Positions 30,736-39,378 of a stretch of 64,000 nt of DNA are shown here, piece by piece. Every line of letters starts with the position of its first letter. Position 1 is the first letter of the stretch. Both the position numbers and the translations under genes were made by a program. The notes under the pieces were generated by a model that worked only from the letters and a program-made list of their open reading frames with translations, searched no databases and was not told the DNA's origin. This DNA comes from Promethearchaeota archaeon (GTDB taxonomy: Archaea > Asgardarchaeota > Heimdallarchaeia > Hodarchaeales > Hodarchaeaceae). The DNA is taken from the NCBI GenBank assembly GCA_048938105.1, contig JBHLMN010000013.1:32001-96000 (forward strand). The letters are read 5' to 3'.

Positions 30736-30866
30736 TGTACATACGTTTTATAAATTCTTGATTAATATAATTACCTGACCTGAAAAGGTCAAAAAACAAG
30801 TCAGATGTTCTATGAAGAGTATCTGTAAAATAAGAAGAAAAATTGATCAAGGAGGATTTGAAATAA
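30736..30866 (+). promoter_or_regulatory. Conserved promoter plus structured leader of Cys-peptide copy B
   Basis: TGTACA 30736, TTTATAAA 30747, TGACCT-GAAA-AGGTCA 30776-30791, hairpin CAGATGTTCT-ATGA-AGAGTATCTG, GGAGG RBS. Confidence 0.75.
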
Positions 30867-31079
30867 ATGATGAGCCTACCGCGATCTAAAGAAGTTAAAG
30901 AAAAAATTTGTAAGGATTTCTTTCCAAACTGCACATATTGCACTTGCTATAGCATGTGCTTTCCCACAAATGAAACAGAAGATTTATCATCTCAAGCTCT
31001 CTTAGAACAAGAAAAAGCATTTAGAGAAGCACAATTATCATCAGAAACCCTAGTTGGTTTGAAAGAATCAACTACTTAA
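30867..31079 (+). CDS. Cys-rich mini-protein, copy B (70 aa)
   Basis: KEKICKDFFPNCTYCTCYSMCFP core shared with two paralogs; GGAGG RBS. Confidence 0.85.
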   Translation: MMSLPRSKEVKEKICKDFFPNCTYCTCYSMCFPTNETEDLSSQALLEQEKAFREAQLSSETLVGLKESTT

Positions 31080-31191
31080 CTAAATAGCTAAGTACTTCCA
31101 GATATATAATTAAACAAAATCACAAGCTAGAAGTTCTATTAAGACTATCAACAAAATAAGAAGAAAATAAGAGCAAGAAGGTATGAAATAA

Positions 31192-31389
31192 ATGATGGAT
31201 CCAAAAGCAAAAGAAAAAATTTGTAAAGATTTCTATCCAAATTGCAGATATTGCACTTGCTTCAGTATGTGCTTCCCTAATTGTCTAGCTCAAGATGTAT
31301 CATCTCAAGCCCTTTTAAGACAAGAAAATAGGAGAATAAAGGAATCACATATAACGCCCAGGGTTTCTTTAGTACTAAATAATTCTTAG
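31192..31389 (+). CDS. Cys-rich mini-protein, copy C (65 aa)
   Basis: KEKICKDFYPNCRYCTCFSMCFP core; degenerate copy of the leader upstream. Confidence 0.85.
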   Translation: MMDPKAKEKICKDFYPNCRYCTCFSMCFPNCLAQDVSSQALLRQENRRIKESHITPRVSLVLNNS

Positions 31390-31588
31390 AATAGAAAAAT
31401 TAGACCCTCGCTTAAAAACGAGTCTATCTTTCAAAAAGATAAAGTCTGATGAAAGAGCTAATGTAACTATCCCTTTTAACTTCAATTTTCAGCATTCTTA
31501 AGTAAGCTTTTGCCATTTATTTTATACTGTGTTTTTTCAAAACAGTAAAATTGAATCCACATTAGATTCTTAAATATGATACTCCTTT

Positions 31589-32275
31589 TCAGCTCACTTT
31601 AGATAATTTCTTTATCAAAGAAAATAATTTCAGATCGGTATAATCTTTCACTATGAGATCAGCTTTAAATCTGTTTTCGGGTAGATGACTTGAATTAACA
31701 ATAACGACCGTCATAAAATTTTTTTTTGCTGCAATTGCACCAAGAGAGGAATCCTCAAAAACTAAACAATTATCTGGACTTACCTGAAGATCCTTAACAA
31801 CTGAACTTAAAAGGCGATCCTTAGAGGCTTTATAAGAACCTTGTTCTGCACTATAATACTTGATGTGATGTAAATATCCGATAGCGTTTAAGGTAGTTTC
31901 TATACTAGAAGGATGGCCATTAGATGCAATAACAATAGGAATAGGGGGTATCGATATTGTTTTTAGCCAATTAAAAAACTTTGAAAACCCATTAATCTCT
32001 GTGAGTTTCCCTTCCCTCACAAGACGACGATAATTCTTTCTTCTCTCCTTTTGAGCTTCATCAATGTTATAAGATATATTATGTTCCTTAAAAACAGTCT
32101 CCCATATTACTTCAGATTTTTCACCAAGATATTTATTGGTCCAATCAATCCAAGAAATCTGGATATTAAATTGTTTTAAGAAATTATTGAAGGCAGCCCA
32201 CTGAACTTCGTGAGAGTTAACAATTGTGCCATCTAGATCAAAGATAACTGCTTCTAGAACCATTTCAAGGATCAC
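31589..32275 (-). CDS. HAD-superfamily phosphatase (beta-PGM/CbbY-like)
   Basis: FDLDGTIVNS, ASN, VFEDS. Confidence 0.88.
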   Translation of the reverse strand: MILEMVLEAVIFDLDGTIVNSHEVQWAAFNNFLKQFNIQISWIDWTNKYLGEKSEVIWETVFKEHNISYNIDEAQKERRKNYRRLVREGKLTEINGFSKFFNWLKTISIPPIPIVIASNGHPSSIETTLNAIGYLHHIKYYSAEQGSYKASKDRLLSSVVKDLQVSPDNCLVFEDSSLGAIAAKKNFMTVVIVNSSHLPENRFKADLIVKDYTDLKLFSLIKKLSKVS

Positions 32276-33231
32276 GCCTTTTTAGAAAATTCAGACTTAT
32301 TTTCTTTATCTCGATAAATAAACCTCGAATCACGATATTCAAGAATTCGTAACATCTGTTTAGAAATTAGCATGTTCAAATATGCTTCTGGATTTTCTAT
32401 ATTGAATTGATGGATGATTTCGAGCGCTTGGTTGTATCTTAGAGGGTGCCTTTTGGTAATAGAGAAAATTGCTTCTATTGGCGTCTTAAAAAGACCTGGG
32501 TCAAATATTCCTACTTCGTTTAAAGGTAAGATTTGTGTTGATTGAAGAATAAGCTTTCCTAAATTCAATGCCTTATTATCAGGAATTTCTACCCAGGATT
32601 CTGTGGGTGGTCTTGAGGGTATGTTAATCTGGATTTGGTCTGGTTGAAATTTATCTAAAAATCCTTTAATCTCTTCTAGAAGATCATTGGAATCATTAAT
32701 ACCCTTGAGAAGCATTACTTCAATCCATATTTCATTGTTAAACTCCTGTCTTAATTTTTTAAGTCCAGTCACTAAATTATTGAAACGAATCTCTTTATGA
32801 GGTCGATTGATATATCTAAACAGTTTGGAGTTTCCTGCATCAAATGTGGGAATGATTAGATCAACTTTCCTCACTTCTTCCCTAATTACCTTTGAAGAAA
32901 AAAGACTCCCATTAGTGATCACTGCAATAGGAAGACTTGTAAGTTCTTTAGTGCTTTCAATTAAGAAACCTAGATCCTTCGAAAGAGTTGGTTCTCCCTC
33001 CCCTACAAATGTGATGTAATCTATTTCTCCTTCCTGCTTAAGAGCTTCTGATATCTCATTTATTATGTTCTTAGGATTATAAAATCGCTTTCTATGGTTT
33101 GTGAAGTTTGTGGTTTTTCCTAATTGACAATAAATACAGCTGTAATTACAGGTTTTTTCAGGAATAGGTGATACGCCAAGAGATTGACCTAATCTTCTAG
33201 AGGGAACTGGTCCATATACATAACTAGCCAT
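32272..33231 (-). CDS. Radical SAM protein (COG0731-like)
   Basis: YGPVPSRRLGQSLG, CNYSCIYCQLG, GEGEPTL; no SPASM domain. Confidence 0.88.
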   Translation of the reverse strand: MASYVYGPVPSRRLGQSLGVSPIPEKTCNYSCIYCQLGKTTNFTNHRKRFYNPKNIINEISEALKQEGEIDYITFVGEGEPTLSKDLGFLIESTKELTSLPIAVITNGSLFSSKVIREEVRKVDLIIPTFDAGNSKLFRYINRPHKEIRFNNLVTGLKKLRQEFNNEIWIEVMLLKGINDSNDLLEEIKGFLDKFQPDQIQINIPSRPPTESWVEIPDNKALNLGKLILQSTQILPLNEVGIFDPGLFKTPIEAIFSITKRHPLRYNQALEIIHQFNIENPEAYLNMLISKQMLRILEYRDSRFIYRDKENKSEFSKKA

Positions 33232-33492
33232 TCATCTCTCTCCTGAAACTGTTTTAACATTAGAAATATAGCTCTGCCTTTTAGTTAAAAAAATTATCTT
33301 TCTTAAATGATTCTTCAAAATTTGGTGCATATTTTGTTCCTATTAGGCAATTTGTACTAGCCCTAACTTATGTTGTCATCTGTTTGTAATTTATGATAAA
33401 TGTTTTGCATAATTATTCATAATCTTTTAATTATAAATGAGATTTTTCTTACTATTTAAATATTATAACTGAATTAAATTGGTTATTACTTT

Positions 33493-34755
33493 TTAAGGGA
33501 AAATTCCTCTAAGCTGGATAGCCCTAGCAACTCTATGAACTGCTAAAGCCATTGCTGCTGTACGAAAGTCCTGTACGTTATATTTCTCTCTCATTTGATC
33601 GACCTCTGCAAATGCTCTGACCAGAATTTTCTGTAGAGCTTCATTAACCTGATTTTCATCCCAAAAAAAATATTGAAGACCTTGTACCCACTCGAAGTAA
33701 GAAACGGTTACTCCACCAGCATTGGCTAGGATATCTGGTACGATAATAATACCTTTCTCATTGAGAATAGAATCCGCTAGTGGAGTGGTGGGGCCATTAG
33801 CTCCCTCTACTATAAGTTTTGCTTCAATTTCATCAGCATTTTCCCTAGTAATTTGATTTTGTGTTGCACATGGAGCAAGAATATCAACATCTAATGTTAA
33901 TAATTCTTTATTGGTAATTATTTCAGCGTTTGGGTATCCTTTAACTGTTCGATTAGAATTTTTTGCAATATAATCTAATATTTCTGGAATATTTAGTCCT
34001 TCAGGATTATAGCAACCACTAAAAGCATCATTCACGGCAATAATCTTTGCGCCATTTTGATATGCAATTTGAGCAAAATTAGATCCAACATTTCCAAATC
34101 CTTGAATAGCAACGGTAGCATTTTTAGATCTTTGCTTTTGTTGTTTAAGAGCTTCTTCCATTACAATATGAACACCTCTACCAGTAGCCTCTAGTCTACC
34201 TAGACTTCCTCCAAGTTCCAATGGTTTTCCTGTGACTATACCTAATTCAGTTTGACCTTGAATCATACTATAGGTATCCATTATCCACCCCATTATTTCG
34301 GGTGTTGTATTAATATCAGGAGCGGGAATATCTTTATCTGGGCCAATCATATCAATAACTGAATAAGTAAATCGACGAGTAACACGTTTTAACTCATTCA
34401 CACTAAGTTTGTACGGATCAACAACTACTCCACCTTTAGCCCCTCCATATGGAATATTTACGATAGCAGTTTTGTACGTCATCCATGAAGCTAATGCCTT
34501 TACTTCATCTAGATTAACATCTGCTGCATAACGAATGCCACCTTTGCAGGGACCACGACTAGCATTATGCTGAACACGGTATCCCTCAAAAACTTCAATA
34601 CTTTCATCGTCCATTGTAACTGGAAAAGTTGTAATTAAAGTCTTTGCAGGGTTTTCAAGGATTTTCTGAATATTCTTATCAAGATCAATTTTTTCTGCAG
34701 TATTTCGCAATTGTGTCAATGCATTTTTCCAAGGATTTGATTCATTTTCTTTCAA
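33493..34755 (-). CDS. gdhA: Glutamate dehydrogenase, NAD(P)-dependent
   Basis: RGPCKGGIRY, MTYK, GGAKGG, PAPD, EATGRG, QGFGNVG, EGANGP, NAGGVTVSYFEW. Confidence 0.96.
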   Translation of the reverse strand: MKENESNPWKNALTQLRNTAEKIDLDKNIQKILENPAKTLITTFPVTMDDESIEVFEGYRVQHNASRGPCKGGIRYAADVNLDEVKALASWMTYKTAIVNIPYGGAKGGVVVDPYKLSVNELKRVTRRFTYSVIDMIGPDKDIPAPDINTTPEIMGWIMDTYSMIQGQTELGIVTGKPLELGGSLGRLEATGRGVHIVMEEALKQQKQRSKNATVAIQGFGNVGSNFAQIAYQNGAKIIAVNDAFSGCYNPEGLNIPEILDYIAKNSNRTVKGYPNAEIITNKELLTLDVDILAPCATQNQITRENADEIEAKLIVEGANGPTTPLADSILNEKGIIIVPDILANAGGVTVSYFEWVQGLQYFFWDENQVNEALQKILVRAFAEVDQMREKYNVQDFRTAAMALAVHRVARAIQLRGIFP

Positions 34756-34965
34756 TTCTAATCCTATTCCTTTTCTGATAATTTAAAGAGCTCTTATATT
34801 ATTAATTACATTCACATTTGTTTTAATTCAATATTATAGCTTGCTGTTTTCATCATGCAATGCGTGATATGATTTATTGAGATTTAGATTTATCACGCGA
34901 ACATCCTTTAATTTTGAGAAGGATAATATCTTTAATGGAGTATTTTCAAAATCTTTTTTTTGAAA

Positions 34966-35733
34966 CTAAGAGAATAATGCTTGTATTTGAGTTAAAATTG
35001 ACTCTACTGCTTTCGTCCACAGTGTATATTCATGATAAGATAATTTATATCTCCATCCTACAAGGTTTGATTCCTCCCATTTGTCTTGAACTGAGCATCC
35101 TAAGCATGGGGGAATACTATAAATTGAAAAAAGGGGATTCTCCCAATTTGGAGGCATTTTTGAAAACTTTTTCATTTTGATAAGGGCTTTTCTAAAATTC
35201 ATTATCTCAGAAACCTGAAGATACCATTCAGGGGTAATACAATCGTCTAGTGGACCTTCAAACCAATCTAATTCAAGTATTCTCGCTTTTTGGTTCACCC
35301 ATATTAATAAAACAGTTACATACTGCCCTTCTCTCCCATCAGAATTTTGCCCGGCGATATTTACCCCAAGAGCAATACAGGGAATTTCTTCGGGGATTAA
35401 TGCTCTTTCCCATTGTTGAATGATTGACTTCAGACATCCAGGATCTACATCTTTATCATTTTCATAATTAGGGAGAGGAACTATTCTCCGAGGAAGCCAT
35501 CCAAGAGTCTTATCAATATAATTTTGGGAAAAGTTTCTACGACCCGATATGCTGAATTTTTTAAGTGATTTTGGTACTTCAAGAAATATTGGATGAAAAT
35601 TGTTTACTGGAAATTCACCTGGGGTCGTACTTATTAAACTTAAATCACTTGGAACTGTTATAGAGTTAAAATCAATTAAATTTCTTAGATTACCCCAAAT
35701 AAGAGAAGTCTCAATAGCTGAAAGACTAAACAT
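34966..35733 (-). CDS. Hypothetical protein
   Basis: 255-aa ATG ORF, no recognised motif. Confidence 0.55.
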   Translation of the reverse strand: MFSLSAIETSLIWGNLRNLIDFNSITVPSDLSLISTTPGEFPVNNFHPIFLEVPKSLKKFSISGRRNFSQNYIDKTLGWLPRRIVPLPNYENDKDVDPGCLKSIIQQWERALIPEEIPCIALGVNIAGQNSDGREGQYVTVLLIWVNQKARILELDWFEGPLDDCITPEWYLQVSEIMNFRKALIKMKKFSKMPPNWENPLFSIYSIPPCLGCSVQDKWEESNLVGWRYKLSYHEYTLWTKAVESILTQIQALFS

Positions 35734-35975
35734 AAAATTCGCCTTTATATTTTTATGAATAATTTTTTAGGAAATTGGAAGCTTAACCTCACGTTGTTTG
35801 ATTATTTAGTCAAATGTCTTAATTCCACATGTTTATGTCTATTTAATTAAATGTTAGAACGTTGAGGCCTATTGTTCTTCGTTTTTTGATTATTTTTTCA
35901 CTCAAGGACCTTCTTCTTGAAATATTTTTTCGAATGGTCTCAATAGACACCCTGTTTGTTGTTTCAATTGGAATA

Positions 35976-37517
35976 CTAATGATATTCCTCCCATGTCCGA
36001 GGATAGGGATGATCTAATCCTGCAAGCTTGACACCTGTAATTGCCGCAGCATTAGTAGTTAAAGCCCTCAAATCTTCTCTTGAAAGATCTTTGATACTTT
36101 TATGCCCGGAAAGCATGGTAAATATTTTAATCTCATCTGTCATTGCCTTTAGGAAATTAGCTAGACGTTGTCCTGTTTTCTCAGGATCCAAACGAGCCCG
36201 AAGCTCAGGTTTGTTTGTCGTGATACCATACGGACAGATACCCTGATGACATGCCATACAAGCTCTACATCCCATGGCAATTTCTGCGGCTGTACCAATA
36301 CCAACAGCGTCAGCACCAAGCGCTAATGCTTTGAAAGCATCGACACCGCTGCGGATACCACCTAATGCAATAAGTTTGACTTTTCGATAGAGTCCCATAT
36401 CTTTTAGAGCCTGAACTGCAGGAGGAATACATGCAATAGTAGGAATTCCAGCATGTTGTGTTACAGACTCCGGAGATGCACCAGTTCCACCAACCATTCC
36501 GTCAATAGATATAGCGTCGACTCCTAGTTCTGCAGCTATCTTTACATCCTGATAGGGCCGACTAGGACCTAATTTTATCATAATCGGTACTTTATAATCA
36601 GTAATGTCTTTGATGATCTCTATTTGCTTTTTAAGATCTTCTGGGCCTATTGCATCATAATATCTTGGGGGAGAAAGGGCATCTGTACCAATAGGAATCC
36701 CCCTCACTCTAGCAACTTCTTCTACAACCTTTTTCCCAAGAAGGTGCCCACCCATTCCAGGTTTAGCACCTTGACCGATTTTAACTTCGATAGCATCTGC
36801 ATTATGTAAAAAATCAAGATTAACTCCCCAACGTCCAGTTGACCACTGTACAGTCAAATATCCACCGTTACATAAATGAGGATTACTTTTCCCAGAAGTT
36901 CTAAGTTCTTCAAGTGTATTAAATCCGTGGACAAGAGGATATTCTTCATGAATAGCTCCACCTTCACCTGTATTAGCAATAGTTCCCATTTTATAAGCTG
37001 CTATCGCTAAAGACATCTTTGCTTCTTTTGACAAAGCACCAAAGGACATTGCACCAAAAACTATAGGGATTTTTAATTTAATGGGATGTTTTACTGTCTC
37101 TTCACCAATTATTACACTGACATCACAATCCTCACGATATTTATCAAGAGGAGGTGGAGAGGCTAATTGAGAGGGAATAATAACAAGATCATCAAAGTGT
37201 GGGATAATTCGAGCAGTTCCAAAACCCCTTAACAGATATTTACCAGTCTGGGCCTGGTGATGAATATGTTCAATTGTTTGAAAAGTCCACAGAGATCGTG
37301 AGAAATATTCCGGCTCAGCAGGTTTAATGTGAGTTGCATTATTTGGACAAAACTCCATGCAGATCCTGCAACCAACACACGCCATATCATTAACTATTTG
37401 AACCCTATTATCATCATCTTTTTCATATACTTTATGTGGACATACTTCTACACAAGTACCACAATGAGTACATCTCTCATAATCGATATTTACGCAATAT
37501 GCTCCAAGAATTGGCAA
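35976..37517 (-). CDS. Glutamate synthase FMN-binding subunit (GltB2) with N-terminal 2[4Fe-4S] ferredoxin
   Basis: CTHCGTCVEVCP, CVGCRICMEFCP; AMSFGALS, TGEGG, EVKIGQGAKPGMGGHL, DGMVGGTG, GCRACMACHQGICP. Confidence 0.92.
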   Translation of the reverse strand: MPILGAYCVNIDYERCTHCGTCVEVCPHKVYEKDDDNRVQIVNDMACVGCRICMEFCPNNATHIKPAEPEYFSRSLWTFQTIEHIHHQAQTGKYLLRGFGTARIIPHFDDLVIIPSQLASPPPLDKYREDCDVSVIIGEETVKHPIKLKIPIVFGAMSFGALSKEAKMSLAIAAYKMGTIANTGEGGAIHEEYPLVHGFNTLEELRTSGKSNPHLCNGGYLTVQWSTGRWGVNLDFLHNADAIEVKIGQGAKPGMGGHLLGKKVVEEVARVRGIPIGTDALSPPRYYDAIGPEDLKKQIEIIKDITDYKVPIMIKLGPSRPYQDVKIAAELGVDAISIDGMVGGTGASPESVTQHAGIPTIACIPPAVQALKDMGLYRKVKLIALGGIRSGVDAFKALALGADAVGIGTAAEIAMGCRACMACHQGICPYGITTNKPELRARLDPEKTGQRLANFLKAMTDEIKIFTMLSGHKSIKDLSREDLRALTTNAAAITGVKLAGLDHPYPRTWEEYH

Positions 37518-37538
37518 GATATCTTACCCTCGTTTTTT

Positions 37539-38225
37539 TTAGCTCTTTTCGGAATAAAATGGTTTATCTGTTTCTGCAATGATTTTTGTAAATTCTTCTG
37601 GTTTTGCATCGACTTTATAGGTAGAGAAGAATTGCTGAAGAAAATCCATATCATCAGATGAAAGATCTTCGATCTTAGTATTGTTTCCAAGGCTTTTCCA
37701 AGAACCTCTGGTGAAAATTCGACCTGAAATCAGAAAATTACCTACTCTTTCACCAGCGTTTCCTAATAAAATGATATTCCCCGCAAGCATATAGGTTCCA
37801 AGATCATTTCCTACGTCTTTTTCTACAAAAATTGAAGCACCTTTATTCATTGTCCCTAGAAAATCTCCACAAGTTCCCATAATGACTACTTTTCCTCCAT
37901 AGCAATAAGGGGCTGCACAATAACCAGCATTACCTTTGACAATAATTTCTCCATCAATCATGTTATCTCCAATGTATTTCCCAACACTTCCTTCAATGAT
38001 TAATTTAGCTCCCGAATTCAGCATACCAACGTAATCACCTACAGAAGTCTTAATAATAACTGTACCTTCTCTTAATCCCGAAGCAATACCATTTAATAGA
38101 TCACAATTAGTAACAGTTACTGTACCATTCTCCTTAAGTATACTCTTTATTTCTTGATTGATATTTTTTAATTTTAATCCTATTAAATCGGTTGGACTAA
38201 CAGCTACTACATCCATTACATTCAC
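37539..38225 (-). CDS. Glutamate synthase GXGXG subunit (GltB3/FwdC-like beta-helix)
   Basis: Repeated G.VG.Y.G..M.GG.I.V.GNAG units. Confidence 0.88.
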   Translation of the reverse strand: MNVMDVVAVSPTDLIGLKLKNINQEIKSILKENGTVTVTNCDLLNGIASGLREGTVIIKTSVGDYVGMLNSGAKLIIEGSVGKYIGDNMIDGEIIVKGNAGYCAAPYCYGGKVVIMGTCGDFLGTMNKGASIFVEKDVGNDLGTYMLAGNIILLGNAGERVGNFLISGRIFTRGSWKSLGNNTKIEDLSSDDMDFLQQFFSTYKVDAKPEEFTKIIAETDKPFYSEKS

Positions 38226-39378
38226 CTCGTATTTTTATTGTTCCCTCCTTCTTTTTTTGGTTAAATAAACCCATAAACCGACTTTTAGTTTCCTCAAGTC
38301 TATTTTCATCAGTGAGTGATTCGAGTGAATAGATTAACAGTGAATCAAAGGCTTGCGTCCGTTTTCTACGTTGCTTTTCAGAACAGGCAGCTGAAATTGC
38401 TACAAAATCGGCTTCCTCAGTACTTTCAATCAATCCCAAATTTAAGCAATTATTTAGGAAGCTGCGTCCCCTTGCATTCCAAGCAATTAAACTTGCAAAT
38501 CCTGCTTGGGAACCAGTCTGACCAATTGAAATATCAGCCATATTAGCAACGTAATCTGTACACCGTGCACAACCTTTTCTTAGATACTTTTGTTCTTCCT
38601 CTAGTGGGAATTTTTCATTTTTTCCTGTGTTAAGCTTGATTTCAAGGTATTCACCTTTAGTTGAACTGATGATACTTATAATTTCAGCAGGCGATACACC
38701 CAGATGGTTTGATAAATCTTCAAGAAGAGCAGTTTCATAATATCCTGAGCAGAATAACCCAATCACAATACCAATAGACTTTCGTAGAATCGATAAACCT
38801 TCTATTTCTGATTCAGTAACTCTTCTGATGGCCTGAGCGACACACGGAGGTCCAACAATAGCAATTTGATGAAAGTCATTTTTTAAAACCTCGTGATATA
38901 AGTTTGATAAAATAGGATTCCACAATTTCTGATTACCAGAAACCTCGTAAAGTTCTTCAATTGATCTAACAACTTTTGAATATGGTTTTCCATCCCATCT
39001 ATTCACATCCATAATTAGAGCAGCATCAATAAACCCACTCATTAAACCTGCTGAAAGGAGATCAATAATGATTTCATTTATGTGGTTACCTGTGATATTA
39101 CGTGTTGTTTTTACTGATATAACATCATATATTTTTCTTTCTTCCCACTCCTTTAGACGAGGACAACTTTCCACACACATACCCTCGCAAAATGAACAAG
39201 TATCAATGTCAACAACCGACAAACCAACAGTTTTTATCTTGGGAATAAAAACAGGATGTTGCATTTCTGGTTTAAACTCTAATCGTCCACGGGAGCAAGC
39301 AGCGACACACATGCCACAACCAGCACATCGATCAACATTCCAAACTTCATTTTCTAATTTCAGTTGTTTAGACAACAT
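38197..39378 (-). CDS. FrhB/FdhB-family (F420-interacting) subunit with N-terminal ferredoxin
   Basis: CAGCGMCVAAC, CSFCEGMCVESCPR; VGPPCV, IGLFCS, GCARCTDY...ADISIG. Confidence 0.85.
   Translation of the reverse strand: MLSKQLKLENEVWNVDRCAGCGMCVAACSRGRLEFKPEMQHPVFIPKIKTVGLSVVDIDTCSFCEGMCVESCPRLKEWEERKIYDVISVKTTRNITGNHINEIIIDLLSAGLMSGFIDAALIMDVNRWDGKPYSKVVRSIEELYEVSGNQKLWNPILSNLYHEVLKNDFHQIAIVGPPCVAQAIRRVTESEIEGLSILRKSIGIVIGLFCSGYYETALLEDLSNHLGVSPAEIISIISSTKGEYLEIKLNTGKNEKFPLEEEQKYLRKGCARCTDYVANMADISIGQTGSQAGFASLIAWNARGRSFLNNCLNLGLIESTEEADFVAISAACSEKQRRKRTQAFDSLLIYSLESLTDENRLEETKSRFMGLFNQKKKEGTIKIRGECNGCSSC

Noticed and set aside
30776-30791. TGACCT-N4-AGGTCA resembles a nuclear hormone receptor element
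   Set aside because: No such receptors in archaea; treated as a coincidental hexamer
30867-33231. Cys-rich peptides as RiPP (ranthi/sactipeptide) precursors modified by the adjacent radical SAM
   Set aside because: The radical SAM is COG0731-like without SPASM/RRE, is convergent and in another unit, and no peptidase or exporter is adjacent; not excluded but unsupported
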